A program made the position numbers and the translations under genes. A DNA stretch of 64,000 nucleotides from Candidatus Latescibacterota bacterium. Lineage in GTDB: Bacteria; Latescibacterota; UBA2968; UBA8231. This document shows, piece by piece, positions 9,708 to 19,707 of the stretch; the first letter of the stretch is position 1, and each line of letters begins with the position of its first letter. The notes under the pieces are model-generated. The model was not told the DNA's origin. It worked only from the letters and a program-made list of their open reading frames with translations, and made no database searches. The stretch covers positions 3,936,001-4,000,000 of the forward strand of contig CBDETY010000003.1 of assembly GCA_965243025.1 (NCBI GenBank). The letters run 5' to 3'.

Positions 9708-10142
9708 ATGAATCCTTTGAGATCGTTCACCGTCCCCGATCACTCCCCCTTTGCCAATGCCGCCCTGCTTCTTCTGCGGGTGGTGGCCGGCCTCGCCTTC
9801 GTCTTTCACGGCTGGCCGAAGATCCAGAACCCCTTCGGCTGGATGGGTCCCGACGCCTTCGCCCCCGGCCTGCTCCAGGCCCTGGCCGCCCTCTCCGAGT
9901 TCGGCGGCGGCATCGCCTGGATAATCGGTCTGCTCGTGCCTCTCGCCTCGCTGGGGATCGCCTGCACCATGGCGGTCGCCGTCTGCATGCACGCCTTCAT
10001 GCGCGGGGACCCGTTCGTCTCGGTGGGGGGTTCTTCCTACGAGCTGGCCGCGGTCTACTTCTGCGTCTCCATCCTGCTGCTTGCGGCCGGACCGGGACGG
10101 TTCTCGCTGGACGGGAAGATCTTCGGTCCGCGCCTGCCGTAG
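9708..10142 (+). CDS. DoxX-family membrane protein
   Basis: LLLRVVAGLAFVFHGWPKI, EFGGG, YELA, GPGRFSLD; SD AAAGGAG. Confidence 0.9.
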   Translation: MNPLRSFTVPDHSPFANAALLLLRVVAGLAFVFHGWPKIQNPFGWMGPDAFAPGLLQALAALSEFGGGIAWIIGLLVPLASLGIACTMAVAVCMHAFMRGDPFVSVGGSSYELAAVYFCVSILLLAAGPGRFSLDGKIFGPRLP

Positions 10143-10176
10143 CGGGCAGCGGGTCAGCGAAGACACCACCTTCGAA

Positions 10177-10215
10177 CTACCCGAGAAGGCTTACCTCGTC
10201 ATCACGCCTGCTCAT
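10177..10215 (-). pseudogene. Truncated HEPN/DUF86 toxin remnant (MSRRDDEVSLLG*)
   Basis: ATG overlaps the 3' end of the MNT gene as in MNT-HEPN pairs; N-terminus resembles DUF86 starts; stops after 12 codons. Confidence 0.5.
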
Positions 10216-10513
10216 ACTGAATCTCCGCCGAATTGAGGATTTCCTTTCGGAGCACCCAATTGCGGCTTCTTTCGACTCCACGGAAGGTGTGCATATCCAC
10301 TCGCTGCCCGAATATCTCAGACAGCTCGTCCTGCATGGTGATGAACGCCAGTCCCGGCGTCTTCCCAGGTGCGAATTCGACCAGCACGTCGATGTCGCTC
10401 TCGGGGGTGAAGTCGTCGCGCAGCACCGAGCCGAACAGGGCCATGCGCTGGATGTGATGGCGCCGGCAAAAGGCGGCGATCTCTTCTTTGGGCATGTCGA
10501 TTCTCGCGCTCAT
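10202..10513 (-). CDS. Minimal nucleotidyltransferase (MNT) antitoxin
   Basis: LFGSVLRDDFTPESDIDVLVEF motif, ~100 aa. Confidence 0.9.
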   Translation of the reverse strand: MSARIDMPKEEIAAFCRRHHIQRMALFGSVLRDDFTPESDIDVLVEFAPGKTPGLAFITMQDELSEIFGQRVDMHTFRGVERSRNWVLRKEILNSAEIQYEQA

Positions 10514-10556
10514 GTGGACCTGGAAACTACTAGCTCCATAGGTTGACCTTGTTTTT

Positions 10557-11894
10557 TCAGAGTTCCGAGAGCTTTACCATCATGACCCGAATCATTTCGT
10601 TGAAAATCCCCTTGAGATTCTGCAGATCACCCCCCATGGATTTTCTTTTGAAAATGCTAGTTAGATATGTTTCTCCACTTGTCATGATCTCCGCCGAAAA
10701 ATCCCAGACATTCCCATCAGAGTCCGTTTTATTTTCAATTCGCAAGAAAATTTTTTCGCCAAACTTTCCCTGGTAGTTATTCAACTCGAAAGTAACCTGG
10801 GTTGAAATCGCAAGTGCCTTTTCTGGCCAAGATGCATCCTGCTTCTTCAGGGAAAATCTATGGTTCTTACTATCCGGGTCACTAACCGTTGAACTACCCC
10901 CGAAACTCATTCCCTCAAACGCTCTGGAAAACAATTTGACCTTCTCTTCGCAAAATAAGTAGAAGGGATTCAGCACCTGCTCCCAATACGCCCTTGCATC
11001 GATTGTGCCGCTCATGACCTTCTGCAAGAAGAGTGCGATCTCCTTGTCAATATCCTCTACGTCTTCAATACTTTCTCCACGTGCCGCCTTCAGGTGGAGA
11101 TTCAGGGCGTACCTGCAACAGCCCGCGAGAAATGCGATGAATTCCCCGAGATCTTCGCTCCTGTCGGCCTGCTCAAGCATTTCGATGTACCGGCTTTTCT
11201 CGCCCCTGGGTACGATCGCAACGGTGTACCCGTGCCTGATCAGAATCATGTTCATCAGAAGCCTTGCCATGCGACCGTTCCCGTCGTCAAAGGGATGGAT
11301 GCGCACAAAGCGGTAGTGAAATGTCGCCGCAATGACTATGGGATGCTCGCCCTCCTTCTCCCTGGTTCTGTACCAGTCCAACAGGTCGCTCATCGCCGGC
11401 TTCACCTGTTCCGGCGGAGTATAGTGGTATATCTCGCCGGTTGAAGTCAGCACGTTGTTCGGCTGCGTTTTGTATTCTCCGATCGCGACCCACCGCTTCG
11501 CAGGATGTCCTTCGGGGGTCACTGCATCGACTTCGTAAGGCTCCTTCAGTAGTACTTTGTGAAGATTCCGGATGAAGACCTCGCTGAGCCCCTCATCCTT
11601 CCTCACCGCTTCCTCTATCGCCTTTACCGCCTCGTTGTGCCCTTCGATGTCGAGATGATCCCGCATCGGCTTGCCGCGTGCAGTCAGTCCGTGAAGGATC
11701 AGGCTTCTCGTTTCTCCGAGAGTCAGGCTGTTGCCCTCCAAGGCATTGGAATGAAAGTTGGAATCGATCCTGAGCTTTTGCCCGACCCGGTCCACCACAT
11801 CGGATGACAGCGGCCGCAGCTCGTCCAGCTCCCTCTTCAGGCGGTCGATCTCTTCGATGATCGCCGCGCCAGCAGGTCGGTCGTTATCAGTCAT
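10557..11894 (-). CDS. Fic-domain protein (class II, with N-terminal inhibitory helix)
   Basis: HPFDDGNGRMAR Fic motif; SNALEGN inhibitory motif; SD before ATG 11894. Confidence 0.9.
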   Translation of the reverse strand: MTDNDRPAGAAIIEEIDRLKRELDELRPLSSDVVDRVGQKLRIDSNFHSNALEGNSLTLGETRSLILHGLTARGKPMRDHLDIEGHNEAVKAIEEAVRKDEGLSEVFIRNLHKVLLKEPYEVDAVTPEGHPAKRWVAIGEYKTQPNNVLTSTGEIYHYTPPEQVKPAMSDLLDWYRTREKEGEHPIVIAATFHYRFVRIHPFDDGNGRMARLLMNMILIRHGYTVAIVPRGEKSRYIEMLEQADRSEDLGEFIAFLAGCCRYALNLHLKAARGESIEDVEDIDKEIALFLQKVMSGTIDARAYWEQVLNPFYLFCEEKVKLFSRAFEGMSFGGSSTVSDPDSKNHRFSLKKQDASWPEKALAISTQVTFELNNYQGKFGEKIFLRIENKTDSDGNVWDFSAEIMTSGETYLTSIFKRKSMGGDLQNLKGIFNEMIRVMMVKLSEL

Positions 11895-11943
11895 GGTTCC
11901 CTCGTGCGGCTTGGGCGCATCCCGGGTATGAACCACCCTACGG

Positions 11944-12918
11944 TCACAGCGGCAGCCGGGTTCCGATTCCGAGCTCGACCGCGGCGCGGTACACGCGGAT
12001 GGCGGTCGCCATGTCCTCGAGGGCGATGCCGAGGTTCATGGCGATGATTCGCTCCTCCTCCCGCTCACGGCCCGGCTTGAGGCCGGCGGCGAGCTCCCCC
12101 ATGTCGGCGTAGGCCGCCGGCGTCTGCCCGAAGTACCCTTCCCCCCGGTAGTACTCCATCTGGGCCAGGTCGTCGGTGGCGATCTTGTCCGCCTGTTCCA
12201 GGGCCGCCCCCTGCCAGTAGGAATCGAAGTCGACGGCGCTGGCGAAGCCTCCCGGCTCGAGCCAGTCCGCGGCGATGGCGGGGTCGGGGTTTTTCGACAT
12301 CGGTCCCGCGGTGACGACCAGGTCCGCGCCCCGCATGGCAGCGCGGGGATCCGCGGCCCCCTCGACCTCCAGGCCGAGCTGGTCCCGTATGTCGCGGGCG
12401 TACGCCCCTGTCCGCTCCGGGCGGGGGTCGAAGGCGCGCACCTTCTTAAGGTCGAACAGGGCGGCGAGGGCGTGGATGTTGCTGCGGCCCTGGACGCCGC
12501 AGCCGAGGACCGCCAAGGTCGAGCTGTCCTGGCGCGCCAGGTAGCGGGCGGCGAGGGCGGTCGCGGCGCCGGTGCGCATCGCCGTGATCCAGGTGGCGTC
12601 CATGACGGCGAGGGGAATCCCGGTCAGGGGGTCGTTGAGCACCAGCAGGCCGGTGATGTAAGGCAGGCCGCGCGCCTGGTTTCCCGGGTACCCGGAGACC
12701 CACTTCATGCCGGCCGCCTCGAGGCTGGGGATGTACGCCGGCATGGCGTGGATGAAGGCGTCGGGCCGGGTGTGGATGCCGGGCTTCGGGGGCATCTCCA
12801 CCTCGCCCTGCCCCTTCTCTTTGAACATCTCGTCCAGGGCGGCGATGATGTCGGCCATCGACAGGTCGACGGCCTCGACCTCCTCGCGCGACAGGTACAG
12901 CAGGGTTTGTTCCGTCAT
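11944..12918 (-). CDS. Ornithine cyclodeaminase/mu-crystallin family protein
   Basis: HAMPA, KWVSGYPGN, ITAMRTGAA, GCGVQG, GIALED. Confidence 0.9.
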   Translation of the reverse strand: MTEQTLLYLSREEVEAVDLSMADIIAALDEMFKEKGQGEVEMPPKPGIHTRPDAFIHAMPAYIPSLEAAGMKWVSGYPGNQARGLPYITGLLVLNDPLTGIPLAVMDATWITAMRTGAATALAARYLARQDSSTLAVLGCGVQGRSNIHALAALFDLKKVRAFDPRPERTGAYARDIRDQLGLEVEGAADPRAAMRGADLVVTAGPMSKNPDPAIAADWLEPGGFASAVDFDSYWQGAALEQADKIATDDLAQMEYYRGEGYFGQTPAAYADMGELAAGLKPGREREEERIIAMNLGIALEDMATAIRVYRAAVELGIGTRLPL

Positions 12919-12925
12919 TCTGTTC

Positions 12926-13477
12926 TCACTTCTTCGGCCAGCCGCTGAAGTTGTCCATGTCCGGCTCGATCGACTGGCCGCGCTCGAGGTCGAAGTCGAT
13001 CTCCACCGAGTGCTCCAGGTAGTCCTGGTCCCCCCGGGTCGTCTGGTAGACGTCGCGGCCGCTGACGCAGACCGGCATGGTGTGCCAGACCTTCAGGTGC
13101 AGGCAGACCCCGGTATCGCCGTCGCTGTAGAAGGCGCGCAGCTCCTCGGCGCGGATGTCGTCCTGCACTGGGCCGACCAGGAACACCGACGGGGAGTGGA
13201 GCCTGGGGTAGAAGGACTGCCCGGCGTCGGTGTGGAAGGCGAAGTGGGCCCGCTGCAGGCCCTCGGATATCGGCACCCTGTCCTGGTGCGCCTGGTACCA
13301 CGCGGGGCCGTCCTTCGGCTCGGCTCCCGGCTCGGCGATGACGGGGTACTCGTTCGATCTGTGGCCGCCCTTGGCCACGTCGGGCTTGCGCTCCTCGAAG
13401 GTCCGGATCACGTGTCCGAACGGGGCGAAGGCCTCCGGCTCGAGGCGCTCGACCGGGATTTTCACCACTTCCCACAT
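12926..13477 (-). CDS. Ureidoglycolate lyase-like cupin protein
   Basis: L.PEAFAPFGHVI N-terminus, QSFYP, LRAFYSDG..GV.L...VWH. Confidence 0.7.
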   Translation of the reverse strand: MWEVVKIPVERLEPEAFAPFGHVIRTFEERKPDVAKGGHRSNEYPVIAEPGAEPKDGPAWYQAHQDRVPISEGLQRAHFAFHTDAGQSFYPRLHSPSVFLVGPVQDDIRAEELRAFYSDGDTGVCLHLKVWHTMPVCVSGRDVYQTTRGDQDYLEHSVEIDFDLERGQSIEPDMDNFSGWPKK

Positions 13478-13511
13478 GTTCTGTTCTCCCTGAATCTGGT
13501 GTCCGTTTCCA

Positions 13512-13775
13512 TCAAATGTCCCCGGTGTTTCTCTCTCCTGTCCCTTCCACCCCCGGGGCAGATTCCTGTTCGCCGGCGACGAGGTCGGAGCGTTCGCAGC
13601 CCAGGCCCGAGCACAGCCGGGCGACCTCCTCCTCCTCGACCTCGTCCTCGCCGTTGACGATGATGGCGGTGAGGCGTTCGTAGCTCATGCCGACGGCGTT
13701 GGCGAGCTGAAACTTGAACAGGAAGTTCCGCCCCATCATGATGCGGTGAAGAGCTTTTACGTCGATTCGCGGCAT
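13512..13775 (-). CDS. Small XRE/Cro-like helix-turn-helix protein (87 aa)
   Basis: 3' part of ORF 13512-14831 from ATG 13775: 'QLANAVGMSYERLTAII...VARLCSGLGCERSDL'. Confidence 0.6.
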   Translation of the reverse strand: MPRIDVKALHRIMMGRNFLFKFQLANAVGMSYERLTAIIVNGEDEVEEEEVARLCSGLGCERSDLVAGEQESAPGVEGTGERNTGDI

Positions 13776-14051
13776 GGTATCCGGGGACCGGTGGTGAAAG
13801 GGGACTGCATCGTCCGGCAGTCGCGCCTGGTTGAGATACCCTGCGGGTAAAGGTAGCTTTGCGGGCCCCGAAGTGGAATCGCCCCGCGCCGGAAAAAGCC
13901 AGGCCAATCCCCCAGGCCAACCACAGCGCCGCAGCCGTGGTCCTGGACCTCGCGGGCTCGCCCCCGGGGCAACCTGGCCTTGCAGGAAACCTCGGGCCCG
14001 CGGCGCGGTACGGGTGGTAACCTGAACGCCAAGGGAAGGGACTAAACACGG

Positions 14052-14858
14052 ATGAAAGTCGGAGTGTACGCCTCGATGTTCGGCAAGGACGATCCCCCGA
14101 CGCTGGAGACGGTCGAGAGCTACATCTCCCTCTGCGCCGAGCTGAAGGTCGAATCGATAGACTTTCTCGCGGGGCGCGGATGGGCCTCCCACGAGCCGGA
14201 CTATCTGCTCGAGATCAAGATGAAGTGCCTGCGGGCCGGGCTGTCGATCGGCTACCTCGCCTCGGGGGGCCATTTCGTCGGCAGCGACGAGGAGCTCGAG
14301 GGCAAGGTCGAGGTTACGCGGGAACACGCGCGCATCGCCTCCTTCCTCGGGGCGCCGATGATCCGCGTGTTCTGCGGGGAAGCCCCCGAGGCGGAAGAGG
14401 ACAGGCGGCGGGAGATCCGCTGTTTCCAGCAGTCGTGCGATCACGCCGCCGAGGTCGGGGTCGCCGTCGGCCTGCAGAACCACCCCTGCACCGGGGACGA
14501 CGTGCTGCGCATCCACGAGGGGGTCGGCCGGCCGAACTTCACGGTGATCATGGACACCGGCCAGTGGCTGGGATCGCCGGGCAGGAACAAGGGGGTGGGC
14601 GATCCCGCCCACGACATCTACCGCTACATGGAGCAGGTCGCCCCCCTGACCTCGCACGTGCGCGCCAAGTTCTACAAGATCGACAGCGGCAGGGAGGAGT
14701 GGCTCGACTACGGACGCATCGCCGGGATCCTCGAGGCGGCCGGGTACAACGGCACCGTCGGGGTGGTGTTCGAGGGGCAGGACGTCAACAGCTGCGGCGA
14801 CCGGGAGGTGATCCGTCTTGCCGTGGCCCACCTTCGCGACACGATCGGGCAGCCGTGA
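14052..14858 (+). CDS. Sugar-phosphate isomerase/epimerase (xylose isomerase-like TIM barrel)
   Basis: LGAPMIRVF, LQNH, DTGQW, HVRAK, LDYGRI, GYNG..VFE. Confidence 0.85.
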   Translation: MKVGVYASMFGKDDPPTLETVESYISLCAELKVESIDFLAGRGWASHEPDYLLEIKMKCLRAGLSIGYLASGGHFVGSDEELEGKVEVTREHARIASFLGAPMIRVFCGEAPEAEEDRRREIRCFQQSCDHAAEVGVAVGLQNHPCTGDDVLRIHEGVGRPNFTVIMDTGQWLGSPGRNKGVGDPAHDIYRYMEQVAPLTSHVRAKFYKIDSGREEWLDYGRIAGILEAAGYNGTVGVVFEGQDVNSCGDREVIRLAVAHLRDTIGQP

Positions 14859-15652
14859 TCAGGGAGATTCTCGGGGTGCGGCTGTTCGGCTACGGGGTGC
14901 CGTACCGGGCGAGGGTCCGCGGGAGAGTCGTCGAGCCGCTCGAGACCGGTCCGGAGACCGAGGCGGCGGACCTGGCGCAGGCACTCGCCCGGCTGCGCGG
15001 AGCGCCGGGAACCGGCGAGAGCGACGATGCCTGGGCGGTGTCGATGCCGTTCGGGCGCTGCGGGCTGAACGGGCTGCCGCGCGAGCACATCCAGGTGTTC
15101 GCCGCCCGTGAGGCCTGGCTTGATCTGCTGACCCGGGAAGGGCCGCAGGTGGTTGCCGTGAAGCCGGGACAGCCGGTCGCCATCGAACCGCAAAGGGTCG
15201 TGCGCCTGCGCGCCCGGCCGCAACCGGGGGGGCGGGTGCTGGTGGCGTTCCAGACGCAGGACCGCACCCCCCTGATGGGGAACGCCGCTCCCTTCACCCT
15301 CGACGGCGAGGTTCCCGAGGGCTGGGACGAGCGCCTTCGCAAGGGGCACGAGGCTTTCACGAAGGTGGCCGGGCTCCGGGCCGGGGACCGGCCGGGGTAC
15401 GAGGCGGCCCTGGAGCGGTTCTTCGGCTCGATGGCGGAGAAGCTGGAAGGGGATGCGGAGGTTGCCGCGGTCTGCGAGGAAGCCAGGGGTGCGGGTTCCT
15501 ACGACGCCGCGGACGAGGGGGCTTTCTTCGACTGCCAGGAAGGGATGATCGACGAGCCGCTGCTGGCGCGCATCCGTTCCCGGGATCCGGAGCTGTTCCG
15601 CTTTCCCGGGATGTTCGGCGGCATCGCGACGCTGTTCAACTGCCTGGAGTGA
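14855..15652 (+). CDS. Hypothetical protein
   Basis: GTGA overlap with upstream stop; coding-like composition; no motif recognised. Confidence 0.6.
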   Translation: MIREILGVRLFGYGVPYRARVRGRVVEPLETGPETEAADLAQALARLRGAPGTGESDDAWAVSMPFGRCGLNGLPREHIQVFAAREAWLDLLTREGPQVVAVKPGQPVAIEPQRVVRLRARPQPGGRVLVAFQTQDRTPLMGNAAPFTLDGEVPEGWDERLRKGHEAFTKVAGLRAGDRPGYEAALERFFGSMAEKLEGDAEVAAVCEEARGAGSYDAADEGAFFDCQEGMIDEPLLARIRSRDPELFRFPGMFGGIATLFNCLE

Positions 15653-15828
15653 GGGTGGCCTGATTCGACAGGCTGCAGCAGGTTCCCGCTTCGGCTTTCC
15701 GGGTTCTGTGTCCCAAGTGGGAACTCAACCGTGCGGTTCGCCCCAGGCGAGTGGCCGGGGCCCCGGGTCCCTTTCTCGTCCACGATTCCGGGCGACCACC
15801 GGCAGGCCGCAGGCTCCCGGCACCTGCC

Positions 15829-17382
15829 CTACAACAATGAATTACACAATGCCGGGCGCGGCGCCATGTAGGGCCCGCCGCTGCTGACGCCGGCGATCTC
15901 GTCGCCGCGCCAGCGGAAGGTCACCGTCTCTTCTTCGGCGGACTCGTCCCGCGACAGCTCCTCCTCCTCGTACTCGGGAAGTTCGAAGCGCAGCTCGCTG
16001 GTCGTGGCCCCTTCTCCCTGCGCCACCGCCACGAACCCGTTCTCCACCGATACCTCGACCGGCCGGCCGTCCACCTTCAGCGAGCAACTCCCCTCATCGG
16101 CCCAGCCCGGGAGCCGCAACCGCAGCTCCTTTCCGGTTCGGTTGACCACCGTGACCCGGGCCCCGCTCTCGCCGCGCTCGGCCTTCACCTCCACCTCCGG
16201 CAGCTGGCGGTCGAAGTGGAAGTTGACGCGGACGATCTCCGCCTCGACGTCGACGGTGCGGGTCCAGAGCTCGATCAGGCTGTGCAGGGCGGCGGCGGTG
16301 AAGTCGGTGACGCAGGTCTGGCCGCTGACGTGGCCTACCGAGCCGCCGATGGCGCCGAGGAAACGGTCGGCGAGGTCGCGGTAGCAGTCGCGGGAGTCCG
16401 CTGCCTTGGCAGGGCGGATCGCCACCGGTTCCCGCACCTGCGCCGGGAACAGCCGGGCCCGCGCGATGCGCTCGGCGTCGTCGAGCAGCCCGGGGTCGGC
16501 GAACAGGTCCCACAGCAGCAGCGCGATGTGGGCGATGTCCCCGGCCGAGGCGATGTCGCCGGCGTAGCGGTCGCCGATGTCGTGGGTGACGAACCCGGAG
16601 CGGGTGATCATCCCGGAGACCGCGTCCCGGTAAGTCCGGTAGATCAGCTCCTGGCGTTCGCGCGACCCCTGGAGCACGGCCAGCATCAGCAGGCCGCGGA
16701 GGGTGTTGAGGTACGAGTGGGTGTGGTGGCCGCAGCCCTCGGCGAGACTGCCGTCCTCGTTCAGCAGGTATACGAAGTGGAAGTCCGCCAGGCGCTCCGC
16801 CTCCTCGAGGGCGGCCGGCTCCCCGGTGGCGGCGTGGAAACAGAGCAGCCCCTCGATGGCTCGGCCGTGGGTGTAGGCCGGGGCGGCGCTGTTTCCGTGC
16901 TTTGCCCGCGGCGGGCCCCCGTCGAACGAGAACCTCCACTCCTTCAGGTCCCGGCTGGCGCGGCTCATCCTCTCGATCGCCCGCTTTCCGCACTCGGCGG
17001 CGCGGCCGCTGCCGCGGCACTCGACCAGCAGTCCGAACGACAGCATGGTCTCGCGGTAGGAGTGGATGTACCAGGTGGCCGGGTCCCGGGGGTCGACGTC
17101 CTCGAGGAAGATGCCGCTGGCGTTGTCGGCAAGGCGCCAGCTGTTCTCCAGCATCGCCGCCTCCATCTCGGCGGGGATCTCGAAGCCGGCGGCGCGCTCG
17201 AGCCGCAGCATGGTGTTCCACCAGCGTCCGACGTTGTGGCCGGTGCTGTAGCGCCGGAACTGATACATGGCGCGCAGCTCCTCGTCGACCGCCATGTGCC
17301 AGTACGGAAGGCAGCCGTCGTCGCGCGACAGGCAGCCGAGGAGGTTGCGGCCGGTAAGCAGCAGTCGGTCTTCGACGTTCAC
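15829..17382 (-). CDS. Hypothetical protein, GH127-like (alpha/alpha barrel plus C-terminal beta-sandwich)
   Basis: GTG start overlapping upstream TGA; HTHSYL, 'LLDDAERIAR', 'LRLRLPGWA' typical of GH127-like proteins. Confidence 0.6.
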   Translation of the reverse strand: MNVEDRLLLTGRNLLGCLSRDDGCLPYWHMAVDEELRAMYQFRRYSTGHNVGRWWNTMLRLERAAGFEIPAEMEAAMLENSWRLADNASGIFLEDVDPRDPATWYIHSYRETMLSFGLLVECRGSGRAAECGKRAIERMSRASRDLKEWRFSFDGGPPRAKHGNSAAPAYTHGRAIEGLLCFHAATGEPAALEEAERLADFHFVYLLNEDGSLAEGCGHHTHSYLNTLRGLLMLAVLQGSRERQELIYRTYRDAVSGMITRSGFVTHDIGDRYAGDIASAGDIAHIALLLWDLFADPGLLDDAERIARARLFPAQVREPVAIRPAKAADSRDCYRDLADRFLGAIGGSVGHVSGQTCVTDFTAAALHSLIELWTRTVDVEAEIVRVNFHFDRQLPEVEVKAERGESGARVTVVNRTGKELRLRLPGWADEGSCSLKVDGRPVEVSVENGFVAVAQGEGATTSELRFELPEYEEEELSRDESAEEETVTFRWRGDEIAGVSSGGPYMAPRPALCNSLL

Positions 17383-18410
17383 AAGGTGTGGTCTACTCCG
17401 AGCTTGATGGACCGTTCCGGGTGCTCGCAGATCTCGTGATACGCCTCGGCGGCCCGGGCGAAGGGGACGACCGGCGCCACCAGGCCGTCCGCCTTCAGCC
17501 GGCCCTCCCGCAGCAGCGCCAGGGACTCGGAGCGGACGCGGGGCACGTCCCATCCTGAGTGGAGATGGGGGGTGCTGACGGCGCGGCTCGATACGATCTC
17601 GATGCGGTTGCGGTGCCACTCTCCGGCCAGGGACAGGCCCTTTGCCCCGTGGTAGTAGGCGGTCGAGACCACGGTGCCGGCGTACTTCACCGCGCGCAGG
17701 GCGTCCTCCAGGGCGGCGTAGGAACCGCTGGTCTCGAAGACGACGTCGGCGCCCACCTTTCCCGTCGCCTCCTTGACCGCTACCCCGAAGTCGGATTCGG
17801 TCGGATCGTACACGGCATCTGCCCCGTGGCGGGCAGCCCCCTCGCGGCGCATGGCGATCGGGTCGGAGACGGCCACCCAGCGCGCCCCGCAGACCCGAGC
17901 CAGCTGCGCCACCATCTGGCCGATGGCCCCGAGCCCGGTGACGGCGACCCGGTCCCCGAGCCGCACCGGGGCGTCGCGCACCGCTCCCACGGCGAAGTCG
18001 GCCGGGTCCCAGTAGACGAGAGCCTGCTCCGACATTCCGTCCGGCGCGGGGTGCAGCCTCGCCGCCGGCACCGTGTGGGTCTCGCGGATCGGCAGGTGGC
18101 CGAAGACGCGGTCCCCCGGTTGGAGGCTGCCGGCGTCCGTGCCCACCTCCTCGACGGTCCCGACACACATGTTCCCCAGGGACATCGGGAACCGCGGGGG
18201 CGCCGGCTCGCCGCGGCGGTGCAGGCGCAGCCCGGAATCGAAGCGGTCGCTTGCGTCGGGGGTGTCGGCGCGGAAATCCCGCAGCTCGGTGCCGTGCTTG
18301 ACCGAGCTGAACCGGGCGCGCACGCACACCTCCCCCGGTTCAAGCGGCGGTTCTTCGTACTCCCGGAGCAGGGCGTGTCCGGGGCGGTCGGCGATCAGTT
18401 CGAGGGGCAT
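17379..18410 (-). CDS. Zinc-binding (MDR) alcohol dehydrogenase family protein
   Basis: SSVKHGTE, GDRV, GLGAIG, GADVVFETSG. Confidence 0.85.
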   Translation of the reverse strand: MPLELIADRPGHALLREYEEPPLEPGEVCVRARFSSVKHGTELRDFRADTPDASDRFDSGLRLHRRGEPAPPRFPMSLGNMCVGTVEEVGTDAGSLQPGDRVFGHLPIRETHTVPAARLHPAPDGMSEQALVYWDPADFAVGAVRDAPVRLGDRVAVTGLGAIGQMVAQLARVCGARWVAVSDPIAMRREGAARHGADAVYDPTESDFGVAVKEATGKVGADVVFETSGSYAALEDALRAVKYAGTVVSTAYYHGAKGLSLAGEWHRNRIEIVSSRAVSTPHLHSGWDVPRVRSESLALLREGRLKADGLVAPVVPFARAAEAYHEICEHPERSIKLGVDHTL

Positions 18411-18638
18411 TGTCGGTTCCCTTTCGGCATATTGGGCTTGTCGGGCCGGCTTGTCCGGGGCATGAGCAGGATCAGGCGCCCCGAATCATCGACCAGGGGC
18501 GTGCAGCTTGACGCCGGCCTTCCCGGGGCAACCACTCGAGGCTGGTGCGCGTGCGGCTGGCCCGGCGCAGTCCGACCGTCGAACGTACATTGAAAACTGA
18601 TGAAACAGAACACTGAGGTCACCCCCTTTGGGAAGGCG

Positions 18639-19055
18639 ATGGCAGCGCCCCTCCTGCTCTTTCTGCTCTTCTTCGCCGCCCTGGCCTGTTCCGACCTGAC
18701 CACGAGCACGGAGATGGTTTTCGATCCCGTTTCGGAGGGGCCGGCAACCTTCGAGCGGGTCCAGGGTCTGTTCGACGTTTCCTGCGCTTCGAGCGGCTGC
18801 CACGGCGGCCAGGAGTGGAGCGCCTGGCCCGACCTGAGGGCCGGCATGGCGTACGACAACATCGTCGGCGTCGAGAGCACCCGGGGCATTCCCCTGGTGG
18901 CACCGGGCCAGCCGGACAGCAGCTACCTGTATCTCAAACTGTTGCCGGACGCCGCGATCTCCGGGGACCGCATGCCCCTCGGCGGGCCGTACCTGGAACC
19001 CTCCACGCTGGAAACGGTTTACATGTGGATAGAACGGGGCGCGCCGAGGGACTGA
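18639..19055 (+). CDS. Lipoprotein with c-type heme-like CxxxxCH motif (planctomycete cytochrome c-like)
   Basis: Lipobox ALAC; CASSGCH; 'VAPGQPDSSYLYLKL...RMPLGG...WIERGA'. Confidence 0.75.
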   Translation: MAAPLLLFLLFFAALACSDLTTSTEMVFDPVSEGPATFERVQGLFDVSCASSGCHGGQEWSAWPDLRAGMAYDNIVGVESTRGIPLVAPGQPDSSYLYLKLLPDAAISGDRMPLGGPYLEPSTLETVYMWIERGAPRD

Positions 19056-19095
19056 CCCCGGGTACGCCGCCGGCAAACCAATCCGGGACGACCTG

Positions 19096-19707
19096 ATGCG
19101 CTGGATCCTCACCCTCCTGATCTGCCTCCCCCTCGCGGTCCGGGCCGGCGAATGGCAGGTCGACAAGAAGGCCCTGGACAACCAGGTCAAGTTCACCTCG
19201 AGGGTGACGGCCTTCACCTTTTCCGGCGTCACCGATCAGGTCGACGGCTTCGTCTATTGGGAGGGGGACTCCCTGTTCGCCCAGAAAGCCCAGTTCCATT
19301 TCGAGGTGAACCTCGCCGGCTTCGACACCGGCATCGGCAAGCGGGACCGCGACATGCGCGAGGTGCTCGACACGGAGAAGTGGCCCAGGGCCGTTTACAA
19401 AGGGGTGATCGCAGAACACGCCGCGGTCGATTCCACCGGAGCCGCCTATCGCGTCGGGACGAAGGGGACGCTGTCGCTGCACGGGACCGACCGCGCCATC
19501 GAGGTGCCCGGGACGGTGGTGGTCGAAGAGGGGCGCTTTAGGATCGAGGCCGCTTTCACCCTGAAGCTGGCCGACTACGAGATCGAGGCCCCCTCCCTGG
19601 CCGTCTTCGTCAAGGTGAGCCAGGAGATCGCCCTCGAAATCTCGGTTTACATGAAGCACCTGACCCCGGCGGAAGACCCGCAGGGGACGGAAGGAGCTGA
19701 TCGATGA
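19096..19707 (+). CDS. YceI-family periplasmic protein
   Basis: Signal peptide; FDTGIGKRDRDM, GTLSLHG, ADYEI. Confidence 0.85.
   Translation: MRWILTLLICLPLAVRAGEWQVDKKALDNQVKFTSRVTAFTFSGVTDQVDGFVYWEGDSLFAQKAQFHFEVNLAGFDTGIGKRDRDMREVLDTEKWPRAVYKGVIAEHAAVDSTGAAYRVGTKGTLSLHGTDRAIEVPGTVVVEEGRFRIEAAFTLKLADYEIEAPSLAVFVKVSQEIALEISVYMKHLTPAEDPQGTEGADR

Noticed and set aside
15653-15828. GC-rich intergenic region with possible hairpins (ncRNA or riboswitch?)
   Set aside because: It lies between convergent gene ends and shows no recognisable riboswitch consensus.
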